From positions 16,058,142-16,122,141 of the forward strand of contig CAJINV010000001.1 of NCBI GenBank assembly GCA_905178155.1: a stretch of DNA of 64,000 nucleotides, given 5' to 3'. This DNA is from Amoebophrya sp. A120. Lineage: Eukaryota; Protista; Dinoflagellata. Below, piece by piece: positions 59,599-64,000 of this stretch (the stretch's first letter is position 1; each line of letters opens with the position of its first letter). The position numbers and the translations under genes were made by a program. The notes under the pieces are model-generated. The model had not been told where the DNA came from. It searched no databases and saw only the letters and a list, made by a program, of their open reading frames with translations.

Positions 59599-62500
59599 AT
59601 GGACGACTCCGACGTGCTCGAGTTTCAGGTTTCCTCCCGCGAGGTGGGGCGCATCATTGGCACCAAGGGGTGCAACATTCGTGCCCTGGAGCAGGGTTCG
59701 CAATGCCGCATCAAAACGCCGGGAAAGCGGCCCGCGCCCCAGTTTGGTGGCGTTCAGAACAACGAGCGCGATGACGACGAGGACGAGAACTGCATGATTC
59801 GAATCACGGGCGGCAACGAGAAGTTGCGCAAACGCTGTAAGGAAGCAATTGACGCGGTGCTGATGGGCAGCGACCCGGGGGACGTCTTCGCGGAGCTCGA
59901 CGGTGCTGGCCTGATTCGAAATTTAGACCCCGTAGTCTTGAACTATCTCGGCAAGGAGAAGCAGCGGCTAGAAACCGATCACAAGGTCCGGCTGGAGCTG
60001 GAGGCGAAGTCGCTACGCATCTGGGATCAGGACGTGTACGGCAACTACGCAGGTGGTTCGTCGAGCTCGTCCTCCAGAGGTGGGGGGAAAAATGGCCAGA
60101 AGGGACGAGGAAAAAAGGCCGGAGGAAAAAATCACCACAAAGGTGGTCCTGCCATGGATGTGGACGAGGAGAGTACAACAACTACAGCGACTTTCAACCA
60201 GAACAACGTGGGCAGTAGTTCAACCGGCGTCGCCAAGTCCGACCGGATTGAGCAGGCCCGCCAGGCCATACAGCAGGAGATAGACGACTTGCAGACCAGC
60301 GAGGAGATTATCGTGCGCGTGCCGGGGAACCGCGTGAACCAGATCATAAACCACAGTTCGCTGCGGCAGTTGCAGGATACCTCGCATATCCAAACAATGG
60401 TGACGAAGGATGACGAGGGCACGGGGATCCGGCTGATCGGACTAAAGGGCGCGATCGAGGAAGGGCGAAATTGCATCGAAAAGCTGATCCAGGGCGAGGG
60501 TGCGGATTTTCTCGCGCTCTACCCGAATTTGATTCAGGATCTGCTCGGGAAGAACCGCCGCATGGAAGCGGATTTCCACCGCGACTTGAAGTCCGCGGCC
60601 GAGTTATCATTTGTAAAAATGTCCTCACCCCATAGTTGTCATGCAATTCTGCATGCTGAAGATGTTTCTCATGCGGAGCCCCATGAGAAGCATTTTCCAA
60701 TCGTGTTTCAGACTTTATTGTGCTCCAATCAGCATGATATGCTAGATTTGTGATGCTAGTGAACTAGCTAAACAGGATTACACTCTGAGACCAAACTTGT
60801 CATGCGCAACAACCAAGCCTTGTGGATTTTTTTAGCAGATTTCCCATCTTCACTCTGGGGTGGGGACGTTTTTACACAGGATACGAGTACTGCGGGGTGC
60901 GGGTATCGTTGGAGGGAACCAAGTTGGCTTTCTCCGACGCAAACCCGGAGCAGGTGCACTACGCGTATCAAATGTAAAAATGTCTGGGTCTGGAAGAATG
61001 CAACTTGTCTAGCTAAATCTGAAGCGTGCAAAAATCTGTGTTGCATGATTACCAAAAGTCGTCCAGTTTTGACAAAGTCGGGAGGCAGTTTCTCACGCAG
61101 GGTAGGCATGAGAAAGATCGCACAGAATCTGTCATGCTAGGTCCTGCATTCCAGACCTCATGGGTCATGGAAAAGCTGCATGACAAATCGCGCATTCTTC
61201 CAGACCCAGACATTTTTACATTTGATAACGCGAAGGCCGAGGCCATGAACATCCTCACCTACTACTTCCCGCAAAACTGCTATGGATGTGTCAGAGTTGA
61301 AATCGACAAAGTTGAAATAACTTGTCAAGCATAAAACCGATACCAGTTGGAAGCCCAATTTCCAAGCGGCGCATGACAAATTTGAGTAGAGCCGAAGCCC
61401 AGTTTGTCATGGTGTTTGGGTAAGGAAGACGCCTTTTGTCATGCTACTTTAGCAGCTCTATTTCTACCCCGAAACAGGCTTACAATCTGCCTCCCTTGCC
61501 TACTCTGCAAGACAGGCAGTTTCTCCGTTGCATTTTATGCATGACAAATCATTTCAACTTTGTCGATTTCAACTCTGACACTTCCATAACTGCGCCAAAC
61601 TGGAAATCGCCGAGCAGTCGGTGGTATCAAATGTAAAAATGTCTGGGTCTGGAAGAATGCAAGTTTGTCATGCTTGTCTGGCATGACTGGTAAATCTCTC
61701 ATGCACATTACCAAAGAGCCCCACTTTTCTGTCATGCAGAGACGCAATTTGTCATGCAGAATAGGCAACACTTACAAGCTCAGAAATTTGTCATGCTGAG
61801 CCAGCACTTGTGGCCTCCTCATGCTACGCCACTCAGCATCACAGGTTTCCAGACATCCAGGGATTTTTGCATTTGATAGGTGGACTACGTGGCCGGGGAG
61901 GAGGACCGGAATTTGATGCGGCTGCAGCAGTATCAAATGTAAAAATGTCTGGGTCTGGAAACTTGTGATGCTGGGTGGCGTCTCATCATGAGGCTACAGA
62001 TGCTGGCTCAGCATGACAAGTTTCTGAGCTCCTAGGTGTTGCCTATTCTGCATGACAAGCTGCGCTTCTGCATCACAGAAAAACGAAGCTCTTGGGTAAC
62101 ATGCATGACAGATTTAAGAGTCATGCCAGACAAGCATGACAAACATGAATTCTTCCAGACCCAGACATTTTTACATTTGATAAGCAGATGGGCGCGAGCG
62201 TGTCCCTGGATCGCGATCACGGCTACGTCTGGGTCTGCGCGCCGCAGGCCCGGAACGTTGACGCAGTGCGAAAACGCATCGACGACCTGCAAACCAGCTG
62301 GCGGGAACTTTTTCAGGTAGTTAGAAGCATTCTTGCGCGGAGGTAGCTCACCTCGTAGTAATTTTGTGTAATGCTGCTTGGTGTAATTCGAAATAGCGGC
62401 GCGCTCCATGCGTCAGTAATTTTTTCTACTCCCCATGCCACCAACAGGTGATATCAGTTCGACACCAGGGGGACTTTGGCAAGCTCTTCAGTCGCGATGG

Positions 62501-63029
62501 GAAGTCGGTGCGTCAAATTCAGCAGGAAACCGGGGCAAAAATCGAGATGGACCGAAATAGTATGGAGGTGCGCATCACCGGCCCATCAAAATCCGCTGTG
62601 GATAGTGCCAGGGAACAGATTCGCACCAAACTCGGCTACGACGGCCGCAGCGGGGGCGGCGGGGGCGAGAAGCGGGGTGAAGCCGTGAGGCCAGAAAGTT
62701 CGGGGCACGGCGGTAACAAGCGAGGAGCAGGGGCAATCAGTGCGGTGGAAAAGGTAAGTCGGACACTATTTTTTGCGTATGTTAGTAGAGCGAATTTGCT
62801 ACACCTGGTTTTCAGTGCGAGTGCTAGAGCTCGTTTCGATTTGTCCAGCACAATACAAGTACAGCTACAGCTGGAGAGTTAAACGTAGGGAAATAACTCT
62901 CTACAGCTCCAGAAGCAGGCAGAGCAGCAGGCAACTGGTGGCGACTGGGATGCGGGACCGCCACAGAACCAAACCCTGACCAACCTCCGTGGTCGGACCG
63001 GAGCCGGGCAGCAGGCGGAACAGTGGTAG
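59599..63029 (+). CDS. Multi-KH-domain RNA-binding protein, 8 exons, five introner introns
   Basis: KH motifs VGRIIGTKGCNIRALEQ, VPGNRVNQII, VDYVAGEEDRNLMRLQ and FGKLFSRDGKSVRQIQQETGAKI. Exons 59599-60604, 60889-60965, 61233-61280, 61594-61624, 61884-61930, 62188-62316, 62448-62753 and 62907-63029 give one continuous frame. Confidence 0.88.
60605..60883. mobile_element. Introner, family B (279 bp), in KH gene
   Basis: TIR TATCMTKTGTAAAAAYGTCCYCACCCCA with direct repeat CGAGT at 60600-60604 and 60884-60888. Removal restores …KSAAE-YCGVRV…. Confidence 0.93.
60966..61227. mobile_element. Introner, family C (262 bp), in KH gene
   Basis: Perfect TIR TATCAAATGTAAAAATGTCTGGGTCTGGAAGAATGC with direct repeat ACGCG at 60961-60965 and 61228-61232. 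Removal restores …QVHYA-KAEAM…. Confidence 0.95.
61281..61588. mobile_element. Introner, family A (308 bp), in KH gene
   Basis: TIR TATGGAWGTGTCAGAGTTGAAATCGACAAAGTTGAAAT with direct repeat ACTGC at 61276-61280 and 61589-61593. Colinear with 22514-22819. Removal restores …FPQNC-AKLEI…. Confidence 0.95.
61625..61878. mobile_element. Introner, family C (254 bp), in KH gene
   Basis: TIR TATCAAATGYAAAAAT… (right end degenerate) with direct repeat GGTGG at 61620-61624 and 61879-61883. Removal restores …EQSV-DYVAG…. Confidence 0.93.
61931..62182. mobile_element. Introner, family C (252 bp), inverted relative to 61625-61878, in KH gene
   Basis: TIR TATCAAATGTAAAAATGTCTGGGTCTGGAA with direct repeat AGCAG at 61926-61930 and 62183-62187. 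Removal restores …MRLQQ-MGASV…. Confidence 0.95.
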
Positions 63030-64000
63030 CTCAGCGCGCACTGCCAACGGTTTACGTCTCCCCCACTGAGTGTAGGCACGACGAAACATGTGTCTGGATC
63101 CCTGCTCAAATAAAGTTATCTTTTGCACCAGCGACAATCTGATTTCCATTTGCGCCAGCGAGAACGTGTGTACTTATTTTAATAAAAAGAAAGGTGCCAC
63201 TTCAAGAAGCTTCGGCCACGGGTCCGATCGGGCCCTGCCCACTGCAAAGTGAAAGTGAATTCAAACGGCGCGGTGGAGAGTCGTGTTCGCGGGTGGACTG
63301 GCATCGGCTTGGTCCGCTGCCGCTCGAAGTGGTCTCGTTCGCGAAGTCGGTCGTGCGGAAGTTGTTGGTTGGTATTCCAGCATGAAAATTCATCGTGACT
63401 GTGGAACTGTTACTTCCACGGAAGATGATGGTCTCCTGGAAAGATCCTTATCATGCGCCCGGGCGCAAGCGATCACTCATTGTTCGTGCGCATTTTTCAC
63501 CGATGTTGATCCGCAATTTTTCCCCTCACAAATAAGTAGGTGACTCGAGCTGATCTTTTATAGATGGTCGCAGCAGCAAGGAAGTACGACGTCACCGAGT
63601 TTGACAGATCTGCAGAAGGTCTCTCTGTTTCAGAACCGTACTCATGTTTCGGCTGAAGCAGATTCATTTGTTTCACTCGTCTCTCCTCACATTGATTGTA
63701 TGTCATACACAGGCTCTGAAGGTGGTTTGGCCATTCTTAGCTACGGGCACTTGGACTATTTTTGTATTGTGCCACAACGCATGCATGTAAGAGCGAGCAT
63801 TTGTTGCGGCCCGCGATGCAGAAGTCACGTAGTCCCATCTTCTTAAAAGTATCGCAAAGAGCAGGCTCCTTATCATCATGACGCAAGCTGCAATGGCGCG
63901 CGAGGTCGCGCTGCGGCAAGGTTTGCTGGAAGCCGATGCGGATTGGACGTACTATTTTCAACACGTGAATCAAATTCAAAACCGATTAAGGAATCACAAC

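Noticed and set aside
60605-62182. KH gene as a frameshifted pseudogene, or repeated IKCKNVWVWKN peptides as a protein repeat
   Set aside because: The peptides are translated TIRs, and removing the five elements gives one uninterrupted KH-domain frame.
1-64000. Reassigned stop codons, as reported for one Amoebophrya strain
   Set aside because: Conserved genes have long stop-free frames in the standard code and end at expected positions with TGA (CCDC146), TAG (V-ATPase c) and TAA (FHIT).

Overview
This is eukaryotic, intron-containing, gene-dense DNA from a flagellated alveolate. It is most consistent with the parasitic dinoflagellate Amoebophrya (Syndiniales); this is an inference from the gene content, the unidirectional gene blocks and the TIR-bounded non-canonical introns. 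All genes called from 1 to 45.5 kb lie on the minus strand: FHIT, ATP10-like, CCDC146, a 2,200-aa malate synthase / beta-lactamase-fold / allantoicase fusion, an RNase H-domain protein, TYW4/LCMT2 and several orphans. All genes called from 49.2 kb lie on the plus strand: ankyrin protein, coiled-coil protein, V-ATPase subunit c and a multi-KH protein. The two blocks are separated by a repeat-filled divergent strand-switch region. The main signal is a set of eight transposon-like introns (introners) inside coding exons of three genes. Each has terminal inverted repeats beginning TAT and an exact 5-bp direct repeat. Removing the element plus one repeat restores the reading frame in every case, yet 7 of 8 cannot be removed precisely by GT-AG splicing. 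Two families occur in both orientations relative to the host transcript, and all four families share an internal TGTCATGC motif. Exon structures were inferred by eye without transcript data.
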